From: Pseudomonadota bacterium | GTDB lineage: Bacteria; Desulfobacterota; Desulfobacteria; Desulfobacterales; C00003106 | Length of the DNA: 32,894 nucleotides | Direction of reading: 5' to 3' | Assembly: GCA_043818915.1 (NCBI GenBank) | Contig: JBDRFJ010000121.1 | Span: 1-32,894, forward strand | Part shown: one piece after another, positions 26,040 through 32,894 of the stretch | Layout of the letters: each line of letters opens with the position of its first letter | Numbering within the stretch: the first letter of the stretch is position 1 | Translations under genes and position numbers: made by a program | Notes under the pieces: model-generated | Database searches by the model: none | Told to the model about the DNA's origin: nothing | What the model saw: only the letters and a program-made list of their open reading frames with translations

Positions 26040-27407
26040 CTATGTACGGGGCGCAAGCTGATCATTTGACTTAGATTGTACCTTGGCCATATCCGAAAAT
26101 ATCTGCTTGAAATGCCTAGCTACAGATAATCGAGCTTCCTTGTTATAAACCCTCATGTAAATATCCAAAACCCCGGCTTCGAGTTCATCAATTGTTAGGT
26201 GTTTCGGAGCATAGTTCACATCTAAAAACGTATACTTATCCCACGAGGATTCCAACAGTCTCTTCTCCGCTGTCAACCTTTCTCTTAATCTAGTCCCCGG
26301 CAATGGTGTTGGAACAGTGATTTGAGATGCGTAAAGGTTAGTATCAAGAATAAAGTTTGCCACATCATTGAAAACGGAACTCTTGTCGTTATCGAACCCC
26401 ACAAGGAAGGCACCCATTATCCCTATTCCATGTGACTGAATCCTTTGGATAAGCATCGGATAGTCTTTCACCCGGCGCCTTTTCCAATCGTTCTTACTTA
26501 GTCCCTTCAAGTTATCCTCATTAATGCTTTCAAATCCTATTAACAGGATGGTGCAGCCACTTCGTCTCAATTTTTCCAAAAACTTCTCATCATAGCCAAC
26601 GGACACGTCAGTCGATGCCGCCCATCTTATTTTAAGTGGTTCAATCCTATCTAATAGATCATTCGCATATTTCTTGTTAAAAAAAATATTGTCATCTGCG
26701 AAATTAATTTGATAATTACCCCACGTATCTATAACATAATCTATTTCTCTCATTACTTGGTCTATCGACTTATGCCTGTACTTTAAGCCAAAAACCTTGG
26801 ATGCTGCACAAAACTCACAATCATGTGGACAACCTCTACTCGTTTGTATCCACACCATCTTATAGTGCTCAATATCCAGCAAATCGTATCTTGGAACTGG
26901 AGAGTTTCTTAAATTAAAATAGCTGGCAGATTTATAGCATCGTTTCAGCCTCCCGTCTTCTACATCCTTAAGTACAGTACTCCATATAGTTTCTACCTCA
27001 CCGATCACTACACTGTCTGCATGCTCAACCGCTTCCTCTGGCATTAGGGTGGGGTGAATGCCGCCAACAATGACCTTGCAATCCCGCTGTCTGAATTTAT
27101 CCGCTAAGTAATACGCTCTGGTCGCTGTTTGGGTTATCGCACTAATACAGACTAAGTCATATTTTTCCTTGAAATCCACCTGCTCAATATTCTCGTCAAT
27201 CAGGCTTATTTCGTGTTCTTCAGGGGTCAGTGCCGCTATTATCAAAAGGCCCAGACTGAAACCGGACCAAAAGTCAAGCCGTGTTGATAATACAGTGTGC
27301 TTGTCTGCATCCCGAACATTGTTCCAGAATTTTTTATACTTTTCGTTCTTGCTGAAGAACGTTCCTTTTGGATTTATAAGAGCTATCTTCATCTGTCTTC
27401 CCCTCAT
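26040..27407 (-). CDS. B12-binding-domain radical SAM enzyme (class B rSAM). The probable start is the Met at 27392.
   Basis: An N-terminal cobalamin-binding Rossmann-like domain (MKIALINPKG...KVIVGGIHPT) precedes the radical-SAM cluster motif SRGCPHDCEFC (CxxxCxxC). Length is about 450 aa. Confidence 0.85.
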   Translation of the reverse strand: MRGRQMKIALINPKGTFFSKNEKYKKFWNNVRDADKHTVLSTRLDFWSGFSLGLLIIAALTPEEHEISLIDENIEQVDFKEKYDLVCISAITQTATRAYYLADKFRQRDCKVIVGGIHPTLMPEEAVEHADSVVIGEVETIWSTVLKDVEDGRLKRCYKSASYFNLRNSPVPRYDLLDIEHYKMVWIQTSRGCPHDCEFCAASKVFGLKYRHKSIDQVMREIDYVIDTWGNYQINFADDNIFFNKKYANDLLDRIEPLKIRWAASTDVSVGYDEKFLEKLRRSGCTILLIGFESINEDNLKGLSKNDWKRRRVKDYPMLIQRIQSHGIGIMGAFLVGFDNDKSSVFNDVANFILDTNLYASQITVPTPLPGTRLRERLTAEKRLLESSWDKYTFLDVNYAPKHLTIDELEAGVLDIYMRVYNKEARLSVARHFKQIFSDMAKVQSKSNDQLAPRT

Positions 27408-27564
27408 TTATGTGCGCTTCACGTAATTAAATTCGATCCAGTGCGGCCAATACCAGGAATCCGAGATTTTTTTCAGGCTGATTCCATCTATTGGTTTTGA
27501 GAAGGCTCTGACTATGTAGCAATTCTTCAATATTGCCATGACATAAACAAAATCAACAAAAACA

Positions 27565-29055
27565 TTACATAGACAATTTATGAGGAATCTTGTATGAGCT
27601 TATCCGTCTCCTCAAAACACGCCTTAGATCGTTCGAAGTGAAACTATCATGATCTCTCCCACGTGTAATCTTAGCTGCTATTTTATGACCCCATACAACA
27701 TCCTCATGCAGATCAAACGTAACATCTTCAACCTGCTTAACCGACAGGATCAGGTTTCTTAGCTCGGCAATATCAACAGCATTACCCCCTACCTTAACAA
27801 TGTGCTTTTTTAATCCTTCAAAGTATACATAACCATTCTGATCGACTTTCCCGTAATCTCCAGTACAAAGCCAGCCATCCTTAAGCACTCTCATGGTATC
27901 ACGTTTATTTCTATAATAACCTGCCATATTTTGCGATGTTTTTATAAGAATTTCTCCTACTTTCCCGATTTCACAATCCCTTCCCTTTTCGTCTACAATT
28001 CTCATTTGGACACCATGGAGTGGAAGTCCCAAAGTCTCTGGTTTGTTATTAGATAAATAATTGCAGGTGACAGGCTGACATTCAGTCAAGCCATAACCTT
28101 GAAGAACATCAAGATTCATCTTCTCTTTTATCAATCTGTTGAGTTGGACAGACATGAAACTGCCACCTGATATGCCATATTTTAGAGAAGATATGTCATG
28201 CTGCGCACTTTTGTAATGTCGCAACAAGGCAGAAAATAACGTTGGTACTAATATTACTATATTAACCTTATTAGATGAGATAGCATGAAAAATCTTTTTA
28301 GAACTATAATTATCTACTATCACAACCTTGGCCCCTACTAAAAGTGGGGCTAAAATGCTTCCTTCCAGCGGAAGTATATGTGTGCATGGCAGTACCAATA
28401 GATGAGTTTCAGTGCTGGACAATTTCCTGTGCCGTATATCATTGAAAGATCCGTGAATATAGTTCGTATGCGTCAACATGGCTCCCAGAGGGTAACCATA
28501 ACCACGATAGGTATAATTAATACTTGCTACTTGTCTCGAACTCGTATTATGTGTTTTCCACCTTTGATCACCATCTCTTCTACCCATTTCATAAAGATCA
28601 CTGAGTGTATGCAATAGTGATTCTTCCAAGTGCCCTTCCTTGTCCAAGATTGGAATCTCCCTCGTTTCTTCTCTCACTATTAGTGTCCTGTTTGCCAATA
28701 AGGAAGGGCTCTCATCCAATATCTTGTTGAGAAGAGTAGGAGTGAGGATTACGACCTCAGGTGTGCAGTTCTTAAAAATCCCGGAAAGTTCCCAGCATGT
28801 CATCTGGGGTTTCACAGGAACTGCTATGGCATTCACATTAAGGAGGGCAAAAAAACTGTAGATAAACTCTTTACAATTTGGAAGGAGTATTGCGACTCTG
28901 GTATTTTTTCTTATTCCTATAGACCTAAATGCGTTTGATAAGGATGCTATCTGTTGCCATAAGCGCTCATAAGATATCTTCTCTTCATCTTCAATAAGGG
29001 CTATCTTTTGAGGGTATGTATCAGCCGTCCTTTTTAGCAAAGAGGACACGTTCAT
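27565..29055 (-). CDS. ANL-superfamily adenylate-forming enzyme (acyl-ACP/acyl-CoA synthetase-like) with a divergent phosphate-binding loop
   Basis: ANL motifs GYGLTE and TGDYGKVDQNGYVYFEGLKKHIVKVGGNAV, plus a C-terminal lysine region SYKIPHKL. The canonical T/SSGTTGxPKG loop is replaced by YTYRGYGYPLGAMLTHTN. Its start overlaps the reductase stop (ATGA). Confidence 0.75.
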   Translation of the reverse strand: MNVSSLLKRTADTYPQKIALIEDEEKISYERLWQQIASLSNAFRSIGIRKNTRVAILLPNCKEFIYSFFALLNVNAIAVPVKPQMTCWELSGIFKNCTPEVVILTPTLLNKILDESPSLLANRTLIVREETREIPILDKEGHLEESLLHTLSDLYEMGRRDGDQRWKTHNTSSRQVASINYTYRGYGYPLGAMLTHTNYIHGSFNDIRHRKLSSTETHLLVLPCTHILPLEGSILAPLLVGAKVVIVDNYSSKKIFHAISSNKVNIVILVPTLFSALLRHYKSAQHDISSLKYGISGGSFMSVQLNRLIKEKMNLDVLQGYGLTECQPVTCNYLSNNKPETLGLPLHGVQMRIVDEKGRDCEIGKVGEILIKTSQNMAGYYRNKRDTMRVLKDGWLCTGDYGKVDQNGYVYFEGLKKHIVKVGGNAVDIAELRNLILSVKQVEDVTFDLHEDVVWGHKIAAKITRGRDHDSFTSNDLRRVLRRRISSYKIPHKLSM

Positions 29056-30158
29056 AATAATATTCTATCCTGAGGAGTTATAAATTGCGCATCAAGGCAA
29101 AATTTAAAAATAGTATGCAAGAGCTTTCTATCTATTTGGGGCCATTCAAATCCATTTTTCTTTAAGATATTCATGGCCCTTCTGTTGTCATATTTCACTC
29201 CATTATGATTAAAGTATGGTATATACGGCTCCAACAGTAGTCTTCGAGCACCTTTCAGTGTGCTCATATCAAAATTCTCCAAAGGTATCCTCTCTGGATC
29301 AGGGTAGCCGAAAAAATCACTCGCGGTTTTAAAGATGAAATCTCCTGTCACATCATGGGTATTGGTCAAATGAAATGTCTCGTTACAAGGGTGGGTGTGG
29401 GCATGAATTCGATATATCGCGTCTGCTACTGAGTCTACTGGTATAAGATTATAGTTGACGCCCCCGTCGGCTGGAATTTGCTTGTAAATTCCTAAAGAAA
29501 AAATGTGGATCGGTTGATATATCACTCTGAAGTTTATCGCATAACCATCTTGAGAATCACCCACGATAGCACTTGGCCTGAAAATATTCACGTTAAGGCC
29601 CTTCGTCCTATACGCGTGGACGAGTTGTTCAGCCTCAAATTTCGTTTGTTCATAGGTGTTCTTAAAATACTGCCCCTTATCTAAAGAATCTTCATAGAAT
29701 GTGCCGTGATACGCTCCGGCGACGGCAACGGTACTGATGTGGTTCACGGACTCAAATGATCCGTTCTTGAGACATTGCAATGCAAAATCAAGGATGTTTT
29801 TTGTCCCTTCTACATTTATCTTCTTTATTCTTTCATACGATACATTAAACTGAGCAAGAGCTGCGCTGTGAAAGATAACAGTAACCTCTCGTGAGAGCCT
29901 TTCTGCATGTTTTTTGCTCAAGCCGAAATCCGGACTTGTTATACTCCCCTCGACAATCTCCACCCGAGGCCTTATCCTGTGGTATTCAGCCTCACTATAT
30001 CGTTCTTTTAATAATCTCTCTACTCTTTGAGGAGCAGAAAGACTTCCCTGCCGCCTCACTAATAGAATCACTTTGACATCTTTATCTTGAAGAAAGCGCC
30101 TGACGAGATAAAATCCCAAAAAGCCAGTGCCACCCGTTATAAGTACTTTTTTACTCAT
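29052..30158 (-). CDS. Thioester-reductase-type SDR (NAD_binding_4 / 'male sterility' family; acyl-thioester to aldehyde/alcohol reductase)
   Basis: N-terminal KVLITGGTGFLGFYLV (TGxxGxxG), a catalytic YEQTK (YxxxK), and an extended C-terminal substrate domain. Length is 368 aa. It overlaps the ANL gene by 4 bp. Confidence 0.8.
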   Translation of the reverse strand: MSKKVLITGGTGFLGFYLVRRFLQDKDVKVILLVRRQGSLSAPQRVERLLKERYSEAEYHRIRPRVEIVEGSITSPDFGLSKKHAERLSREVTVIFHSAALAQFNVSYERIKKINVEGTKNILDFALQCLKNGSFESVNHISTVAVAGAYHGTFYEDSLDKGQYFKNTYEQTKFEAEQLVHAYRTKGLNVNIFRPSAIVGDSQDGYAINFRVIYQPIHIFSLGIYKQIPADGGVNYNLIPVDSVADAIYRIHAHTHPCNETFHLTNTHDVTGDFIFKTASDFFGYPDPERIPLENFDMSTLKGARRLLLEPYIPYFNHNGVKYDNRRAMNILKKNGFEWPQIDRKLLHTIFKFCLDAQFITPQDRILL

Positions 30159-30191
30159 GATATATCTTTATTGCTTTGTAATCCACAATTG

Positions 30192-30223
30192 CTCAATTCC
30201 CCAATTCCTAAATCCCTCAATTT
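30192..30223. repeat. Fourth copy of the dispersed motif (ctcaattccccaattcctaaatccctcaattt), between the PilZ-ACP gene and the reductase gene
   Basis: Near-identical to the reverse complement of 8129-8165 and to 8196-8226 (AATCCCCAATTCCTAAATCCCTnAATT core). Confidence 0.7.
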
Positions 30224-30226
30224 CTT

Positions 30227-31018
30227 CTACACTCTCTGCTCAGAATAATCCTCTACAAGATCCATCATATCTCCTACGGTTATTACCTCTATAACTCTAC
30301 TAACGTCTATTTCTATATCATAGATAGTTTCCAGAACAGCTAACGTTTCCACCGCCATTAGAGAGTCAACACCAAGGTCTTCACGGATTCTCGCGGAATC
30401 GGAAAACGACTCTTCACTGATTCTTCCTACTTGGGCCAAGACCTTCTTAATCTTTTGTCTGTTCTGAGCCCGCTGTTCTTGCTTGAGAACAATCATTTCT
30501 CCCACATAAGAAGAAAGTAAGTCATTCTCAGCCTTGCTCATATTTACAAAACGTAAGCCCATTCCATATTTTGTTTTGACCGACAGTCCTTTTAAATTAT
30601 AGATCCAGGCCACGTCGGCCTTTGGGCTTATATTATTATTTTTCCCCACAAGCTGTATGTTGAGCTTCAATTTCTTCTTTTTAGCTGATAGTTCTTCGAC
30701 AACTGTTTTGTCAGCAATAATAGCATTACAGGAAACCCCTCCAGTGCCTATGTCATGGGTCTGAGCGTCATATTTTGGAAAAAATATTCCACTGGTGTGA
30801 TCCCCGTCAAATACTGTAAAATTAATAGACAACGCTTTTGCTATCCTTGGGTGACTCCGTCTATCAGATATCTCATTCAGTTCCGTCTCAGTATTACGTA
30901 ATTCCATATAATGACCTCCCGTAGCTGTTATATAAATTAACTCCTGCGCAAGCTTGTTTAACAGGTCTAATATCACATTTTTCCCAAAAATGTCCAGACT
31001 AAAATGGGCATAACCCAT
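30227..31018 (-). CDS. PilZ-like domain fused to an acyl carrier protein (phosphopantetheine-binding) domain. The probable start is the internal Met at 30907.
   Basis: The N-terminal half has RRSHPRI (RxxxR) and, ~35 aa later, DIGTGGV (D-x-S/G-x-G-G), consistent with a c-di-GMP-binding PilZ fold. The C-terminal ~75 aa are a canonical ACP (KIKKVLAQV...REDLGVDSLMAVETLAVLETIYDIEID; DSL holds the serine that carries 4'-phosphopantetheine). Confidence 0.7.
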   Translation of the reverse strand: MGYAHFSLDIFGKNVILDLLNKLAQELIYITATGGHYMELRNTETELNEISDRRSHPRIAKALSINFTVFDGDHTSGIFFPKYDAQTHDIGTGGVSCNAIIADKTVVEELSAKKKKLKLNIQLVGKNNNISPKADVAWIYNLKGLSVKTKYGMGLRFVNMSKAENDLLSSYVGEMIVLKQEQRAQNRQKIKKVLAQVGRISEESFSDSARIREDLGVDSLMAVETLAVLETIYDIEIDVSRVIEVITVGDMMDLVEDYSEQRV

Positions 31019-31235
31019 TTATATTTGGCAATATTCTTGTATGTGCCTATGGGAGCTATTTTCAGATATTATTCTCGAGACAAACGGTAAGAATACAGGA
31101 AAGAAACGTGAAAAACGCTATATCAAAATTCAAATGTGATACTTTTTTATATCCCCCCTCACCCTTTCAGCCATCGTAGCCAAGGTTACTAGGGCTGAAA
31201 GAGGAGGGGAAGAAATATGACTTTTTACGTAGTCA

Positions 31236-32561
31236 TCAAAATTGATATTGAATACCCAAGGCAAAGAGATGGACATCGATGTCGACCGAACTGTTGTCAT
31301 AATCTCCGCCAAGGAGTTTGCTGGTTCCTACGGATTGCCGGGAGCCAAAAGAATATTGATAGGCAAAATCAAAGGACCAGTTCTTCCAATTACGACCATA
31401 TCCGAGGGATATCAGGTGTTCGAGAATTCCAGGGATCACCGGCACAAGTGTAGAGCTTGGGACGGGATTTTCGGTATATACATAACCGAGGCGCAGGGTA
31501 TCTGCCATGGACAGGAAATATTCATATCCCAAGCAATAAGAATAACTATCCTTCCAGTCAAGGGCCAAGGTGTCCTGTGGCTTAGTTCCGGCCAAAGCAT
31601 CGAACTCGGCATTGTCACCATTGGAGAGTTTAAACGTTACTTTGTCAAAAGCCGAAGACCAATCAATCCATTTCACATCCGCTGAAATTCTGTGGTCGTC
31701 TTTGAATCGATGCGTAATTCCTACACCCAGGCTCTGGGGCCATGTAAAATCAAACTCAACGTCATACTGAGCCGTAGAGTCTGTTACGGGCAACGGGTAT
31801 CCGGTAGTGTCCAAATCCGCATCCCCACCCATATGGAACTTATCCTGGTAATGATAGGCAAAGCATAGGGTTGTGTTTGACGATATCCGCCACTGTGCCC
31901 CCAGATTCCATGCTAACGCCCAATCATCCCCTTCCAGGTCAAGCAGTGCGGGAACTCCCTGAAGCGGTCCGGTCTGAAAGGTATAGGGCTCCTCGAATTC
32001 CAGCTTGCTGTATGAAGGACCCATTGCAAGGCCTATGGAAATTTGGTCCGTCATTTTCCATCCCAAACCGAACAGGATCTTCGTAAGGGAGGCGTAGGAA
32101 GCATATTTTTGTTCGCCATAAATAGGGTGAACCAAGTCATATTCCGTTGAAAACCCGGCAGGATGATAGACTCCCAGCCCGAGACTGAAGCGGCCCTCAG
32201 CATATCCTTGAGCGTATGAAAAAGAGGGCAAGAAACAAAGAATGTCTTTTCCATCCTGATCATTATCCGCATCTTTGTAGCTCGGAGATAGGAGTAAAAA
32301 ATCAAAATCCGCTTCGACCCTTTTCCCCTTCAGCTCAGTCAACGCGGACGGGTTATCGTGAATGAGCATGCCGTTGTCGCTATGGGCGATATTTGTTCCT
32401 CCTCGCCCGCTGGAGATAGGTCCCATGCTGTCTCGCAAAACTCCGTTAGCGAAACTGTGACTAACTAAACATAAACACATGCAACAGGTAAGTGCCAAAG
32501 CTATGTATATTTTTCTCATTTTTTCCCTACCCCTCCTTTTCTTTTCCATTACAGAACACAT
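31236..32561 (-). CDS. FadL/OmpP1/TodX-family outer-membrane hydrophobic-compound channel (14-strand beta-barrel). The probable start is MRKIY at about 32519.
   Basis: Signal peptide (MRKIYIALALTCCMCLCLVSHSFA). An N-terminal hatch-like segment (SSGRGGTNIAHSDNGMLIHDNPSALTEL; compare the FadL pattern SGLGRA...NPAL). Alternating amphipathic beta-strands and a C-terminal aromatic (GIQYQF). Confidence 0.65.
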   Translation of the reverse strand: MCSVMEKKRRGREKMRKIYIALALTCCMCLCLVSHSFANGVLRDSMGPISSGRGGTNIAHSDNGMLIHDNPSALTELKGKRVEADFDFLLLSPSYKDADNDQDGKDILCFLPSFSYAQGYAEGRFSLGLGVYHPAGFSTEYDLVHPIYGEQKYASYASLTKILFGLGWKMTDQISIGLAMGPSYSKLEFEEPYTFQTGPLQGVPALLDLEGDDWALAWNLGAQWRISSNTTLCFAYHYQDKFHMGGDADLDTTGYPLPVTDSTAQYDVEFDFTWPQSLGVGITHRFKDDHRISADVKWIDWSSAFDKVTFKLSNGDNAEFDALAGTKPQDTLALDWKDSYSYCLGYEYFLSMADTLRLGYVYTENPVPSSTLVPVIPGILEHLISLGYGRNWKNWSFDFAYQYSFGSRQSVGTSKLLGGDYDNSSVDIDVHLFALGIQYQF

Positions 32562-32894
32562 ACAAATTCACCAGAGCCCGAAAGGCGTTGATATTTTATT
32601 GCTATCGACAGTACTTATACGTTTTTTTAGCTTTTTTTCTGTAAAATATGGACAGAGGGATGTAGGACGTTGGAAAAGTCGAGTGGTAGAGTATTGGGTT
32701 GATGGAAACGTCATGCCCTAAGGGCAATATTGTGGAGTTATTGCTACACATCCAGTAACTATTCAGCGTAATCAGCGTAATCCGTAACGATACTACTCTT
32801 GTAGAAGAAAATCCGGTAATTTTCCGCCAAACAGCAGGTCAAGCGCCTGACTTGACGAGACACCATGTTTTCGACAAGTCGACAAGTAACCTCG

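Noticed and set aside
31130-31235. Hairpin cccctcaccctttcagcc...ggctgaaagaggagggg downstream of the FadL-like stop, considered as a rho-independent terminator
   Set aside because: On the minus-strand transcript the stem is followed by an A-rich rather than U-rich tract. It may still be a structural element, but it does not meet terminator criteria.
31242-31685. 147-aa plus-strand ORF overlapping the FadL-like gene, and the 60-aa ORF at 31130-31312
   Set aside because: The minus-strand frame has a signal peptide, beta-barrel periodicity and a C-terminal Phe. The overlapping ORFs lack features and cross the intergenic gap.
32470-32500. GCAA-N7-GTGCCA (reverse complement of a sigma-54-like promoter) near the FadL start
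   Set aside because: The spacing is 7 rather than 5, and the sequence falls inside the signal-peptide coding region.
1-32894. tRNA, rRNA and CRISPR search by eye (T-loop GGTTCGAATCC-like motifs, regularly spaced direct repeats)
   Set aside because: No T-loop or acceptor-stem pattern was found, and no array of regularly spaced identical repeats. The only repeats are palindromic or dispersed, not CRISPR-like.

Overview
This 32.9-kb window is a chromosomal segment of fairly low GC (roughly mid-40s % by eye), coding-dense, with most genes on the minus strand. Its gene content (sigma-54 activator, many TPR lipoproteins, multiple hybrid histidine kinases, an HD-GYP regulator, the xseA-xseB-ispA-dxs-tlyA arrangement) is typical of Desulfobacterota/Deltaproteobacteria-like anaerobes.

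Ordinary content:
- A 5'-truncated REC-HD-GYP c-di-GMP phosphodiesterase starts the window on the plus strand.
- A conserved housekeeping operon follows on the minus strand: xseA-xseB-ispA-dxs-tlyA.
- Next come a dGTPase-like HD protein, an ATP-grasp enzyme, and a sensor kinase / TPR lipoprotein / NtrC-type sigma-54 activator module.
- Further on are TPR lipoproteins and membrane proteins, a YdjI-like SPFH protein with C-terminal zinc ribbons translationally coupled to an internally duplicated double-zinc-ribbon protein, and a two-gene phosphorelay consisting of a 1175-aa hybrid kinase with two kinase cores followed by a REC-kinase.

Most interesting region (26.0-32.6 kb, minus strand): a FadL-like outer-membrane channel, a PilZ-acyl-carrier-protein fusion, a stand-alone thioester-reductase (TR) SDR, a divergent ANL adenylating enzyme and a B12-binding radical-SAM enzyme.
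- The last four genes are tightly linked or overlapping.
- Together they look like a carboxylic-acid-reductase (A-T-R) logic split into three proteins, with the carrier fused to a c-di-GMP-binding PilZ domain and a cobalamin rSAM partner.
- I cannot match this to a described pathway. It is a candidate c-di-GMP-gated fatty-acid/hydrophobic-acid activation and reduction (aldehyde/alcohol) system.

Other non-gene structure:
- At least four long imperfect palindromic (hairpin-forming, MITE/REP-like) intergenic elements.
- A dispersed ~30-bp motif, AATCCCCAATTCCTAAATCCCTnAATT, present in four copies.
- Two of the elements overlap and reshape gene termini.

No rRNA, tRNA or CRISPR array was recognised.
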